The notes below the pieces were generated by a model. The model did no database searches. It saw only the letters and a list, made by a program, of their open reading frames with translations, and had not been told where the DNA came from. This document shows, in pieces, positions 25,692 through 39,530 of a stretch of DNA of 64,000 nt (the stretch's first letter is position 1; every line of letters starts with the position of its first letter). The position numbers were made by a program, and so were the translations under genes. Source of the DNA: Azolla caroliniana (taxonomy: Eukaryota; Plantae; Polypodiophyta); assembly GCA_043228905.1 (NCBI GenBank), contig JBHGNT010000008.1, positions 2,480,001 to 2,544,000 on the forward strand, written 5' to 3'.

Positions 25692-26689
25692 TTTTCCGTC
25701 GTTTCCTTCTCTCATTAAAATACCAACATTCTTTCCATTCGCATGGTGAATCCAAAAATGTATTTATGTTTCTTACAACGACCAAACCAAATCAACAATT
25801 TTGCTTCGCTTGATCGATCAAGATATTTGAGATCAATCAACATCGTCCCTTAAGCAACATGCTCGGAATGTAGCACGCGCAAGGGGGCATTGATATTTCG
25901 GGGGTTTTTTACTAAGGGCATGGGCCAATATGTGTTTAAGATACACTTCCAATCAATACATTGTAATTTTTAGCTTTATGGTTAAAATTACTTTAAAAAC
26001 TTTGTCAAACACATTGTTTGTCTCTCAACTCCGTTTGTGTTGTGTATCTCAATAAGAAATTGGTTTAAAGATATAATCAAATTATATCCTTCTTTGCGGG
26101 GGTAAAAACTTGGAATTTTTACCATTTTAGGCCACGTATCTATCTCCTTTATGGATAATGGTGTGCTAATGTGAGATTAGAATCGTTAACAAACTTATGG
26201 TACTTTCCATTCATAAATTTATTTAAATTGCTGATTAAATCTTCGTGGGGTGTTGCGCACTCACACATCACTCACGTACACATGGGTGAATTCAACTTGT
26301 GGAAATTTTGAACAATGAGCCTCCATTCAATCGTTGCAAAATCTACACCAAATTGTACTTTTAGATAGTCATGGACCATGGTATGAATGCATGTGATGTT
26401 GAGGGTTTACATATCACTGAGATCTCTATTCCCTTATTCGAGACAACCAAACGTGCACTACCATTGTTGTCCACAGTACGATGCGTTAAAGACATAAATA
26501 AGTGTACAAGCTAGCGAGAGGAGATAGACAAATATAACATGCTAGTTTTTTGATGTTTTACGATTGGAATGATGTGATGTTACATTGGAAAGCCCCATTG
26601 TGGGAACTCGAGACTTGGAATGCTAGTAACATTGAATCACGAAAGTACATGCCCTTTCTTCAACTTACATAGTGAATACAATTAACTCC

Positions 26690-27400
26690 ACTTGGTAGCC
26701 TTAGGACAAGGAAATGTTTTTTTTTGTCTCAACCATATCGTCATTGCCTTTTACAACTATGACAAGAGAATGCACAATTATAAGACTCGCCCTTCACTAA
26801 TTCTTCATTCAAGTCCAAATACCCGCTACTGCTTGTCTATGCCCCCCTACATCTTGCAACCAAACCTAATAATTGGCCGCCATACAACATCTATAGGATT
26901 TACTCAATTTTGTGTGGTTTCATAAATCATATTCATCTCCTCTTGCATGGCAATTGTTTGTGGTCTCACACCTACACATACATTGATGATGCCAATACAT
27001 TAGGATTTGTGGTCACTTGCTTTTCGAGACCGCCACTACATTGTTCACACCACTATTAGAGACCTCTTTCCCCTTGCTTCAAGACTACCAAAGCCTTCAC
27101 CACCCATCCTTGAAGCGACCCCTTCTTGGACATGGAACGTTGCAAGAACTCTCCCAAAAGAAGATTGTACAAGCAGATGCAACGATTACCCCCAACATTA
27201 TTGGGCTATATAAAATGAAAGACGCCAAACCTAGGTTTGGATGAACAAACCACGAAAGGGTCTCTCCGCGCCTTAAAAAATTCAACTCATGTTTGATGTT
27301 GTCCTTTGTTTTACCTTTTTTGTTATCCTTGACAACATTCTTAGTCCCGCATCTTTCCCAAGTGTGGTGCCACATTCTTGCTTTATCGATACTATCGTTG
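26690..27400 (-). pseudogene. Highly decayed Copia-like pol relic
   Basis: The minus strand reads AMQEEMNMIY (~26950-26925) and IVVKG (~26760), resembling the start of Copia RT; many stops. Confidence 0.3.
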
Positions 27401-28084
27401 TCACCAAACATCATACATCGTTTATCCCCGAAGCCCGCACAGTTTCATCATAAACATGGTAGGGTCGATTGACAACCCAACACTTTTTCTTGGTGTCCAT
27501 GGTCCTCTTGCCGACACTCACTACAGTAAAGCTTTTACTATTACACATTTTATAATTCATACGAACATCTACCATGGATTGACACTAATTTTCATACCCA
27601 TTTTTGTACATTTTGCCATTATGTTAAATTACTTGAGCATGGATTCATATTATGATCCACCTAATCAGCTAACATTCATTGCGTGTAGCAATGAAGAATG
27701 GGGTTAAGCAATTATTCATTCAACTTGTTTTAGATTATAGAACTTCATTTATCTATGATTGAAGAGTTTTTGGATCTTTTTAATGCTAATCTACATTTAC
27801 CACAAACAAATTGATTAACTTGGCCAACAAACAAATTAATGACTGTAAGGCACAGTCTGTTTTTTCATTCTCAAGGACAAAAGGGAGCATCATAAGTTGC
27901 ACCAAGATGCTTTGTTATACACCAAATTATGAAAAAAACTTTTAAAAAATCATGTCTAAACAGATTAATGACGGAAATAATATAATGAATGAACTATCGA
28001 TGCAATGAGAAGAGGAAAGAGACAACATAAAATGATAGGAAACTTAGAACATGATAAATACTTGGATAGACCTACACAATCCTT

Positions 28085-28490
28085 ATCAACAACAATTGTC
28101 ATATTTTCATGCTAGCAGAAGTTTGTTCTCCTCTAGCATAATCTCACAATGTGGCTTACAAAGCAAGAGACAGAACCACTAAGCCAATCCAAGGAGCATT
28201 CCCTTTTCATATTACAATACTAATCAACAACAGTTGTCATATTTTCATGCTAGAAACAGAAGTTTGCTCTCGTCTACCATGTTCTCACAACATATGGTTT
28301 AAGGGACCAAACCATTAAACCAATCCAAGGAGCATTCCCTTTTCATATTACATGCCTAATCAGCAACAATTGTCATATTTTCATGCTCAAAGCAGAAGTT
28401 TAGTCTGCTCTAGCATTTTCTCACATGTGCCTTTACAAAGCAAGGGACAGAACCACTAAACCAATCCAAGGAGCATTCCTTTTCATATTG
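28085..28490 (+). repeat. Three ~140-bp degenerate tandem copies in the RIF1 3' flank
   Basis: TTGTCATATTTTCATGCT..CAGAAGTTT..CCAATCCAAGGAGCATTCC occurs three times. Confidence 0.85.
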
Positions 28491-28671
28491 GGCTAGTTGG
28501 AAGCTTAGATAATCATTCCTGAGGCCTTACAGTCTTCTTAATGGTGGGATCCTTTGACCTTGAATAATTTGGCGTTTGACATTAAAAATAATTCTTGGTT
28601 GTATGATTCATTGCATACATAAACGTTTTTCATTAACCAAAAATGCACATATGTACTAATATTTCTTTGCC

Positions 28672-31600
28672 TCAAGGTTTCAGTGGTGATGATTGTTTTA
28701 GTAGTTTCTCCTTGTTCTCACTAATAATACCCATAATGGTCCATAGGTGCTTTTGGGCACATGCCAAATCTTCAAATTTCATAGTTTTCCATTGAGAAGA
28801 AGAACACATAGCAGCAAGGAGGTCACATACCTTCCCTTCCTCCTTAGATGGTAAGGAAATGCAACCACCATCACGAGTCTCTAATCCACCATCACTCTCA
28901 TCCCAAAGCCTTTTTATAGAAACCATACACGAGTCCCTTCTTTTATCCTCTTTAATATTGCTTACACATGGATCTGATTTACATTCTAGTTGAACACTGT
29001 CTTCAGCGGCAGAAGATACAATATGTGGTGATTCTTCTCTATTAAAGAGTAAACTAGGGTAAGCTTGAGATCTAAGCCTCTTGCCAGATCTCAGTATTTT
29101 TGAAGGAGACAACATTAAACTCTTTAAGTTTAGCTCATCACCTTTCCCAACATTCATTTTTTTGTTATATTCTTCTACAAGTGGTTCTTCAATTTGGAAA
29201 AGCGGTACCCTTTTTGGGAAACTATTTTTTCGACGATGAGACCTAGTTGATACAATTCTGGCCTCTGACTGCCCCCCTTGTGAGTTCAGTGTTTTCCCCA
29301 ATATACCACGATTTAACGTTTGCACACAAAAAGGCATTGGCAAAGAGTCAAGCACACTATCTTGCTTTGCAATCAACTCATCTCCAGCTAGAACCAAGCT
29401 TTCACCTTGGTTGCATGCCATTTGCATCTCTTGGAAAAGGCTGTGACTATCTACTGCACTAGGCTGAATGCTCTCCACAAAGTCTTCATAAGCTATAACA
29501 TAAGTTTTCACTTCCCCACAACTTATCATTCTTTTCAGGGATGTTTGATGTTCATCAACTTGTGCATCATCTCCACAATTTCTCACTTTACGAGGGCGGC
29601 CCCTCTTTCTAAGCTCCTTTGCAGCATTTACTTTTTCCATCACTAAATCAGTGATAACATTTTCATTTTTATCTCCAGGGACTTCTCCAATATGTTGCAC
29701 TTTTCGAGGCCGGCCCCGCTTTCGGTGTTTTGTATCTACAATTACTTCCTCTATGTTAGAACCCTTGATAGTATTAGTACAAGGCTTAATCATCATTTTT
29801 TGCGATTTCTTAACTGTTATAAGTGTATCCCGCCAGAATTTTCCTCCCTTCAAGTACCCTGAGCTCCTCAAAAAGCGTTTCCGCTTTACACCAAGTTTTC
29901 TTACTTCAAGATGAACCGCATCCTTACATCTTTTTGGCTTTTTTGTCTCTGTTTCTTTGTGTTTGTCTCTTTTTGTCTCTTCTTCTTTTTCATCCATACA
30001 CTGATCTGAATTATGGTCCAAAGAATTTGATATCTCACCTACTATTTCCACCTCAACTTTCCTAAAAGGAATTTTTGAAGTAGAAGAACATTGAAATGTG
30101 TCACTTCCTACATCCGGAAATTTCAACTTTTTTCTACGAGCACATGTTTCAGAATCTGGTTCAGATATTGTAGTCTCATTCCCTGGCTTTGTGTTACCGC
30201 TTATAATTGCATCTGTTCCTGAAGGAAAACCTTTTTCATCCTCAACATTTGAATTTGATGAAGCATTGGCAGCTATGTCAACTAAAGCACAAGATGGCTC
30301 ATGTGTTTTTTCTAATTTATTCATATCCTTCAATGTCTGAGGCATATGACAAAGGCTGTTCAATGATGTGTCTACAGACAAAGAGATTCCAATTTGAGAT
30401 TCTAGGCTTGTAGAAGCAGCCCTTGAAAATCCAACAGACCCTTCTCTTCTTGCTGAAAATACAGTTTTTGATTCAATCAAGAATGCTGGCATCACCTTCG
30501 AAGGTTGATCTATATCACCCATTTTAGATTTGCATCCAGTTAATGCAACATTATATTGTGGATCATCTTTCATATCTAATAACTGTTGTTGAATCATTTG
30601 TCTCCACCTTTTACCTTTATATCGATGAGAAACAGATCCAGAAAATCCCCCTGAATCCTTGGTAGATTCTTTCTGTGGCCAACCTGGTAATGAAACCTTA
30701 ACTCTGCTTTTCAGATGACCAAGTATTGGAAGCAAACAGGGTGGATACTTCAAAGAAGTTGTTCTCCCATAAGTTGCCTCCCAGAATGAGAGAGTGGAGC
30801 TGGATATGGAAGCTTGAGGGTGCTGAAACGCTGCTAACAAGGCTGAAGCTTGAATTGAAAGAAGATTTGAATTGAAGTTCTGAAGAGGAATATGCTTCCC
30901 CAAACCATCTAGATGTCTTTCCCATGCGTGGAGTAGAGGAACTTTTATTCTTCGTGGTTGCTCAAAATGTGGTTTGGTATAAGAAGATTGTAACCACTTC
31001 GCAAAAGGATCGGAAAAATACTGCAAAATACAAAACTATTCGCATTTAGAAGTGTTCTGATATCTCTCAAGGCATTAGGGCTGTATTAGATAATAATAAA
31101 TACTTATAACATCACCTGCAGGAACATAAGCAGATCATATTGTGAATGAAGGCGTGCAACAAATGTTGCCAACTCCTCTAGTATCCTGTTAAACCAAAAG
31201 CTTCAACAATCAACAAGGTCTTTATTTTAAAGTTTAGTGTTTAACAACCCACAAAATGGAAGTCTATAATCACAGTACAGATCTGGTGCAACAATAGAAT
31301 TCTTTAAAAACCCTCAAATATGGTGAATTCTATAAAGATCAAGGAACATTAAATTCACTTAAATAATATATAACAATCTATAACATGTTCCAAATAGCCT
31401 TCCCATCTGTATAATTCTCTCTTTAATATTTCTTTGTAAGACTTTTTGGCAAGCTAAGATGACCATGTCCTCAAATTTCTTGGAGCTCCGACATCCCTAC
31501 CTGAGGACGCACATGTGATACAGGATTTCTTATTTTGCAATACTTTCCAAATCTTTGAGAGTTAACTGCACTTTATTCAAACTCTCAGGAATGGCAAGAG

Positions 31601-34600
31601 AAGGAAGAAACAAAACAATACATCTAGGCATAGATTGACACATGCATGATATTCGTAATATTCGAGAATACGAAATCACCCCAAGAATATTATAAAACCA
31701 TTCGTTTTGCAAAATAAATATAACAAAATTAATTCATTCATTTTTTTATTTAAATAAATTTATTTCACCAAAAAAAGAACAATTATTCATTAATAGATTA
31801 TAGTGTCAGCCTTCGGGAGAGTTTATGAAACTTATTTTAATTAACTAATTTTTTAAAAATAAATATTTTTATATTTATTATAAAAATATGATTAGTGTGA
31901 ACTTTCAAGTCCTATTTTTAATGTCAAGATAAAAATATCCATAAATTTTGAGGGAATAAAAAGTGAAAAATTAATGAACCTTTATTTTATTTTATTTATT
32001 TATTAAAAATAAAACGAATACTTATAGTTATAAGTTACACATTTATTATAAATATTGAGTAGTGTCAAGTCCCTCTTTTATTATCCCTATTTATTGTCAA
32101 AGTTCCCTTTTTCTTATCCTAAGAAATTAAAATAGATAAGTTTATGTACTCTCTCTTCTTTTTTTGGGTCAAACGAATACTTGACCACCCATTCGTATTC
32201 ATATTCATTTGCATTCGAATGGGAAACCCCACCAATGCAAATATGTCAATCTATGCATCTAGGTAAGAAAGGGAGGCAAAAGACAAAATCATAACAGGAA
32301 CATCTAAAAAATGAACAATATGGACACAACATACCTCGATGCAGGGCCCAACCAGCACGTCTTGCCAGCAACTATTTCATCACATGATATATCCAATATC
32401 CTAATGAAATCATCATACAGGGGATAATAAGTATGCATGATTTACCCACAAAAATAGCCAACTTTTCTAATAAATGGCAGAAGTCCTGAGACCTAATACT
32501 ATGTAATATGATTTAAACTTCTTTACTATGCTTAATTCTCTGTTTCCTATCAACATTTATATCTGCATTTGACAGCCAGTTTAAGCTACCTGTGGTATGA
32601 ATTTATGCCATTTTATTATGAGAATGATTCATTCGGACAAACCTAGAAGCAAGATAGAGGATATGTCGAATATTGCTTATATCATCTGTTTCACTCCCTG
32701 GTGCACCATGAATAATTCTAGGTATGCTCACGAGGCTTCGAAGCCTTTTCTTCCTGATTACTGCCAACATTTCAAAGGTTGACATCTCTGTTTGCTTCAA
32801 AACATTTCTGATAATGGTTCCAAGAATCTCGGAAAGTAAAATATTTTCATGAAAAGCATCCTTTTCTTTGCCTTTTTGTTTCTCAAGCAACACTGACATT
32901 CTTTGGCAAAGCAAACTTGCAAAGAAGTTCGGTTTGGATGAGATCAGAGATGGAATGTGTGAGACACAATAAAAGAGTTTGAACCATGTAGTAAAAAGTG
33001 ACTCAATAGTATCCCAGGTAGTCATGGCATCATAGATTTGTACATCACCATTAATACTGAATGTGGAGGCCTGTAAATGAAGCTGAATAGGGAAAAGCAA
33101 AATTCTCTGGATAACTTGATAACCCGAATCACTAACACCACCCTCAATGGCAGGTACAACATTAGCACTTCCAAGATAACTGGTTATGCGTTCAGCAAAA
33201 ACCTTCCAAACAAGCATCAAGAATTTTGATCTATCCAAACACTTTGGCGCATCTGTCCAGCATCTCATTTCTACATTGTCGACGAATTTCTCAACAATCA
33301 TATTTGAATTAGAATATGCCAGAGATAGGAGCCAATCTAATACATGGGCAATCCCAATAAGGTTGCCCATTGTCCCCAATCCTGCAATTGCCAATACAGA
33401 TAATCTCTCAACTCTCTCCATGAATTTATCTCTCTCTGCTTCCTTCATTTCTCTGCAACCAAATCGAAGCCAAACCCCTAATATAAACACAATAGGTGTC
33501 ACATCACAAGATCCATTCTGTACAACGTCTTGTTTTTCCACCCAGCTGTATGATTCTTTGCAAGACTCACTCGATTGTTCCACCTTTACTAGATGTGTAA
33601 GGGATATCTTATAAAAGATTGAAGAAAGTACAAGAGATTTGAGCTCAGCAAGGCTCTCGACAGCAGACCATAAAGTTGAGATGAGATCCTTTTTATTTGC
33701 TATTGGCTTACAATCAGAGGCAATACTATTCACAAAGTTGAGTAAAGAGTGCACAGAGTGCACATGTTGCTTTGAGGGCTTAACAGAGACCTTTCCATCC
33801 TCTTCTACTCCTTTCACAACTAATTGCAATAGCCTAAGGGCTCCATTCAAGCTTCGATTGTCTACAGAAGGGTCTTTTAAGTACAACCATTTAATGCCAA
33901 AATCCCAAAGAGTTTTCACCAAATGTAGTATAAGATTGAGAGAATCAAGAGACCATGGAGCCCAATCAATAGTTAAATTTCCAGTATTAATATGTTCAGG
34001 ACAGTGACAAGTAGGAGTCTTTGGAGATGGGGTCCTATCCTCAGCATCAGAAACCACCCTCAACATGCCAGAATTGAGCTTGTCTCTTAGTTTACAAGTA
34101 ACCCAATCTTCTAATGCATTGAGACAAAGATCCCATAATAGTTGGTTGCCCTTGTCCGGACCACATTTAAATACTTCTTCAAATATTGGAACAACTACAG
34201 CAGTAGTTATTGATAACTGGTTAATTCCAGGACCAATCTTATGTGCAAAATAAACCCATGTGCGCCAGCATGCCAGTCTAACCACTTCATCTCTTTCTGT
34301 TCTAATGATGGTTCCTATGGGCATCATAAGAAGCTTTATCCGTTTCAAAGATGGCCCCACAAATGACTTCTGACATCCAAAAGATGGTGGTGTTATAGAG
34401 GTATCTATTTCTGATTTGACTGATGGCTGTAGCAATGCATCTATCAAGGCTTCCCAAGATACCTGCTAACCCAATCATTAAGCTCAATATATAAATTTAC
34501 ATATAATTAGGGCAATCATCAAAACACCCCCAAGCTTTTAGAATATTTACCAAAATACCCCTAAGTTTCCATTACCAGCATATTCCTATGTAGTAGCAAG

Positions 34601-37291
34601 TTCTGTGCTACACTGAGGTATTCTGGTAAATGCCCAATAAGTTAGGGCACTTTGATATTTTTCCCCTATATTTTAAGTTATAACAGTGTACATGTCTTAT
34701 GTTATATGACAGAAGATTACTAACCAGAGAAGCAATTCTAACAGAGTCATCATTGCTCACAAATGTAATCTCGAGTATCTTCAATAGCTGATTCACAAGA
34801 ATTCTATGTTGTCCAGCTAAGCCTCCAAGCAGCTTGACTAACCACCCCCAAGCACGAACTGTGGGCAACATCAAAGACCTTGTCTTTACCATTTTTTCCA
34901 TCTTTGCCAAGAGTGTCTCATTTATGTCTTTCACAACAACCTGAGTGCTTAAGATACGGCAGCTGTTAGTTGTCAGTAGTTGACTTGCACCATGTGGTCA
35001 GTAAACTAAGAAATGTTAAGTAAAAATGAAGAAAGAACATAGATGAAAAGATAATTATATTTAAACACCTTCCCTTTCAGTTATATTTATATTTTGGGTC
35101 AGAAATACTAATAGGAGGAATAAAAATAACTTCACCTTTAATCAGCCTTCTACATCATGAGTTAGAACATGGTAAATTTTCATCTCTAATATGTGGCATC
35201 AAAAAATCATAATCTAAGACTTTGCCATCACTAAATGCATTCATTTAGATGGCCAACCTTAAGATAGCACAATAGCGGTTCAGAATCATAGTTTTCCTTA
35301 TCCGTTTCTCTTTCCCTTGTCATCAATAGAATCAAGTGTGCCATTGGCTGTCAATACCAAAGATGTTTTACTTGCTTTGTACTACTCTCCATCTTTAACC
35401 AGCCCATGGTGGAGATATTTCAAAAGAAGTATTTTCAATCCATATGCTTTATCAAGCAGGAATATCAATATTTTTCTCTAAAACATGGTATTTCTATTTG
35501 TATATTCCTTAGACAAGTTCCTAATAGATTACCAGGGTTTCTCAGAAAGTTTTACGAATTCATTTACATTTTATTCTGGTTTGTTATTCTGAAGATGAGA
35601 CCATTTCCAGATGTACTTTCTGTTTGTCCTCCATTTTGGTATCTCACAACAAAAGCTAATGCATCTTTCTTTCTTAAGATATGGCAGAAGTTCAATATTA
35701 GTTTGTATAAAATTTTTGGGGTGTGGCAGAGTTGTATCCATAAGAGATAAATTACACACCTGAGACAATGTATCTTTCTTTCTTAAAATGTGGCAGAAGT
35801 TCAATATTAGTTTGTATAGAATTTTGGGGTGTGGCAGAGCTGTATCCATAAGAGATAAATTACACACCTGAGACAGAGAGAGGTTTGGTGGAAGTAAAAT
35901 TGATTCCAGATCCGTCAGACATTTTTCAGCTGCATCACGGTCGTCTTGATCAGTAGAGAGTAGTTTTCTATATACAATGGGTGCCCAGAATGATGACTTA
36001 TCCATGTTTGAGACTTTTTGTAGCATCTTCACTAAAACCTGGTTCAACCAACCAATTAGTTGTTATGAACTCTCTTGCGTGAAGAAGAGAAACAAGCAGT
36101 AATCGAGAAAATCCATGAAGCATTGCCTCCATTGCTTTGGGTACTATAGTCTTAAAATGCATTGGATTTCCAATTGCATGCACTAAAGCTTGTAATATTG
36201 CATCTATATGGACTTCGAGTGATTGTGTTTGTAGTTTCTTCCCCTCCAGGCACCACATTGCAAGACTACAGAGTTCCTGGAGATTCAAAAACCATTTTGA
36301 TGCCCATGAACATGTTTCAAAATAAAGTAACAACAATAAGCAGAATATTTGGGAAAAACCTCTGAAATACCCCAGTATTTTATCTTATTTCCTGATATGT
36401 ACTTGAGCTTTTGTTATTTTCTCAAATGCCCTTGGTCAACCCTGAGAGAGATGTCATCTGGTTAATTCATACCCTTCTTCTCAATTACATGTGCCATTTT
36501 CTCTCTTTCAGGCATTGACCATGAGCAACCGGGGAAATTGCAAAAACAGAGGGCCATATGGGAGAAATAAAGATGAGCTCTAGTGTATTTCAGAGTTCTT
36601 CTCTTAAGCTTGAACAACATATGTTTTTACATACTTTGTTATCTGTGGAGGTAATAAGTTGGCAAAGATTGTGTAGCATTGTCGATGCATCATCTTCTGA
36701 ACAGTATACATTTCAATAAATTCCAAAACACTAATTGACACATACAATGAAATTAATTATGTAGAAAGAAGGATCTGTTAAAATCTTACCAGAAATACCA
36801 TCTACTATTTTGTTGTTATGCATAACATAACCAAACGATTTCAAGGCTGACAAAGCACTGATTAAGACATAACATGTAGAAACATTTAATGCAATGTCAT
36901 TGCATCAGGCAAAAACAAATTTGAATAACCTTCAAATTTTAGGCCTAATATAAAATAGTGTTCGCATGCATTTCCGAAATTATCACATATGCCCGTGGTG
37001 AAAAACTTTCTGTTGTTTTTCCTCTGCCATTGATATGGAATAAAGGTATCCTTTAGACAAGGTCTTATAAATCATGATAATTTTAGAAAAATTATTCTTT
37101 AGTTACATACTGAAAGACTTACATTGGAACAACAAGTTTGAGGAATTTTGAGGATTACAAGAAATCACATGCATACATACATATATTCATACACACGTAC
37201 ATATATTAAATTCAGACAAAACATGCATGCATACATACTTACTTACACACGTATATCCATACACACATGCATACATGCATACACACATATA

Positions 37292-37327
<36 letters not shown>

Positions 37328-37347
37328 TACATACATACATACATATA

Positions 37348-37411
<64 letters not shown>

Positions 37412-37669
37412 TATACATACATACATACATATATACATACATACATACATACATACATACATACATACGTACGTACGTACGTACGTACGTACATACATAC
37501 ATACATAAATACATACAGTGGTTTCTTCTCATTATTTTTATTTTTATTTTTCTTTATCTTGTTATCTCTCTCTATAGGCAAATTCAATGTCTAAATATCT
37601 CGAAACATTAGAAACCACTTACACGCCCTGATCCTCGGAGAGGATGTTGGAGATGATGAGCTTGCCCAT
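28672..37669 (-). CDS. RIF1: Telomere-associated / replication-timing protein RIF1 (Rif1_N HEAT repeats plus long C-terminal tail with two AT-hooks)
   Basis: Exons on the minus strand: 37669-37623, ~36858-36791, ~36697-36633, 36276-36127, 36038-35868, ~34939-34722, ~34462-32641, 32400-32335, ~31186-31116, 31021-28672. Motifs typical of plant RIF1: ILSEDQGVALSALKSFGY, WAPIVYRKLLS, VRAWGWLVKLLG..LVNQLLKILEITF..VRIASLVSWEALIDAL, LKRIKLLMMPI and CWRTWVY. The start codon is tentative. Confidence 0.85.
31629..32255. mobile_element. Non-autonomous hAT-type MITE in a RIF1 intron
   Basis: TIRs CATAGATTGACA...TGTCAATCTATG; perfect 8-bp TSD CATCTAGG at 31621-31628 and 32256-32263; AT-rich interior with CGAATA/TATTCG subterminal motifs. 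Confidence 0.88.
35680..35876 (-). repeat. ~109-bp tandem duplication of a RIF1 splice donor and intron start
   Basis: TGTCTCAG|GTGTGTAATTTATCTCTTATGGATACA occurs on the minus strand at ~35875 and ~35767. Confidence 0.85.
37170..37516 (+). repeat. (CATA)n/(CGTA)n microsatellite in RIF1 intron 1
   Basis: ACAT runs with an ACGT stretch at ~37466-37490. Confidence 0.95.
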
Positions 37670-37697
37670 GTCCACAAGAAAGCACGGAGAAATACAC

Positions 37698-37738
<41 letters not shown>

Positions 37739-37882
37739 GGAAAAGAGACTCAGTGGAAAGCCATGGCGAAAATCAGAGAGACAGAGATGGATAGACAGAT
37801 CTACGGGTCTCTTTCTCTTTGACAGACAAAACAAAAACAAAATGGCGCCAAATTGGGGGCAAATCGCTCGTGAATCTTCGCA

Positions 37883-38035
37883 CTTTGCATATTTACAGAA
37901 ATACCCCCCTCACTCTACTTTTCCCAAGCTTTGCATATTTACAGAGAATAACCCCCTCACTCTACTTTCCCAAGCTTTGCATATTTACAGAAATACCCCC
38001 CTCACTCTACTTTTCCCAAGCTTTGCATATTTATA
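37883..38035 (+). repeat. Three ~52-bp tandem copies upstream of RIF1
   Basis: CTTTGCATATTTACAGA..CCCCCTCACTCTACTTTTCCCAAG occurs three times. Confidence 0.9.
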
Positions 38036-38077
38036 CACAACAACCCTCCTTTTTTTCTCATTTTATCTTAATTACCT

Positions 38078-38135
38078 TACTCTAGTGGTAAGGTGTTAAA
38101 CTATTATTAGCCTTAGGTCTTGGGTTCGAGACCTA
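38078..38135 (+). mobile_element. Possible tRNA-derived SINE head relic
   Basis: A-box-like CTCTAGTGGTAAGG and B-box GGTTCGAGACC (38123-38133) at tRNA-like spacing; no full cloverleaf. Confidence 0.3.
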
Positions 38136-38201
38136 TTTTCTTACCCCTCTATTACTCTATAGAAATATTCTCATGATTTATTAGATGTCATTGTGAAATG
38201 T

Positions 38202-38233
<32 letters not shown>

Positions 38234-39093
38234 CGATCTTGATCTCTTGGATAAGAATATACTGGAATGTGAGTTACCTTGCCTTGAAGCTATGGTCGAG
38301 AGAACATTTAGATTGACACCACAGGCCACACCCATATCAAAACCCTTCAACCCCCCCACTCCTTTTCGAGAGACTTTGACGAACATAAAATGAGACTCAA
38401 TTCATTCTTTTATAGCACATACTACACTCCATCATACTTCTGTACCATGTTATCACTCGTTTTTTTATGTTCGCTTTTCTCATTTAAATCCCATTATTGG
38501 GCCTTGGCACTTTAAGACGTTTTTTTTAAGGTTTTTTTTATCATCCCGTTATTGTATATTCATTTTTCTCATGGGCCTATTTTGGTCTTACAATATGTTA
38601 ATATAGCTTTCTCTCTCTCTCTCTCTTTGTAAAAGCACACAATTCATTAATTGTATGTAAATCCATTTATTACAACTTCTTAGTCTTCTCTACGTATGTA
38701 GGGAGCGAGATGGACATCTTGTAAAGCCAATAGAAAACCTGAATATGCACTTGAGGGAATGATCCCCACATGCTCTAACATCCCAAATTCCCTTTCAACA
38801 TCTTCACATAGGCTTTCACCCCATGTCTATTATCAAACATGAAAGCATTACGCATATTCCAATTGTGTTACAATCACCAATATCGTAACAAGAGGAACAG
38901 TATCTCCAACTCGTCATTTGGACCATTCTGAACATACTGAACAAAAACCCATTATTGAGGCCTCAAAAAACAATAGGTTAAAACTTTGCCAAATATCAAC
39001 TAAGTATTTCCAAATGATATACCTTATAGGACACTTAATGAGCCTATGTGTATTGTCCTCCAATGGGATAGTGCAAACGAATTGTGTACTTGA

Positions 39094-39486
39094 TGTTAGG
39101 AAACAGGTCCCTCCGGATGGGAAGTGAGAAGAACAGTGTTGATGGGAAACCGGATGTGGAGTACCTGGTTACGGAAGACCCAGTGAGAACCGGATGACGA
39201 GTACCCGGCAACGGAAGACCCGGTGAGAACCGGATGTGGAGTACCCGGCTACGGAAGACCCGGTGAGAATCGGATGATGAGTACCCGGCAAGAGCCGGAT
39301 GGTGAAGGCCCGGTGAGAAGTGTTCACCGGATGAAGGGATATATTCGTAAATATGTTTTCTGAGAGTCCATCGGTGGCTATATTTGTAAATAGCCGATAA
39401 GTCATATTAGTATAAATATGACTTAGGGCAAACTTAGTGTAGTAGTTGTCATTCTTGTTGGTGCAAGATTTGAGTGCGTAACTGTG

Positions 39487-39530
<44 letters not shown>

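Noticed and set aside
30115-30140. RRKKLKF as a RIF1 PP1-binding RVxF motif
   Set aside because: It has Leu rather than Val/Ile and no adjacent SILK; more likely part of an NLS.
33186-34253. Plus-strand ORFs over the large RIF1 exons (also 29247-30413)
   Set aside because: Antisense shadows of the RIF1 coding sequence.
38078-38150. Functional tRNA gene
   Set aside because: Only A/B-box-like motifs; acceptor and anticodon stems do not pair.
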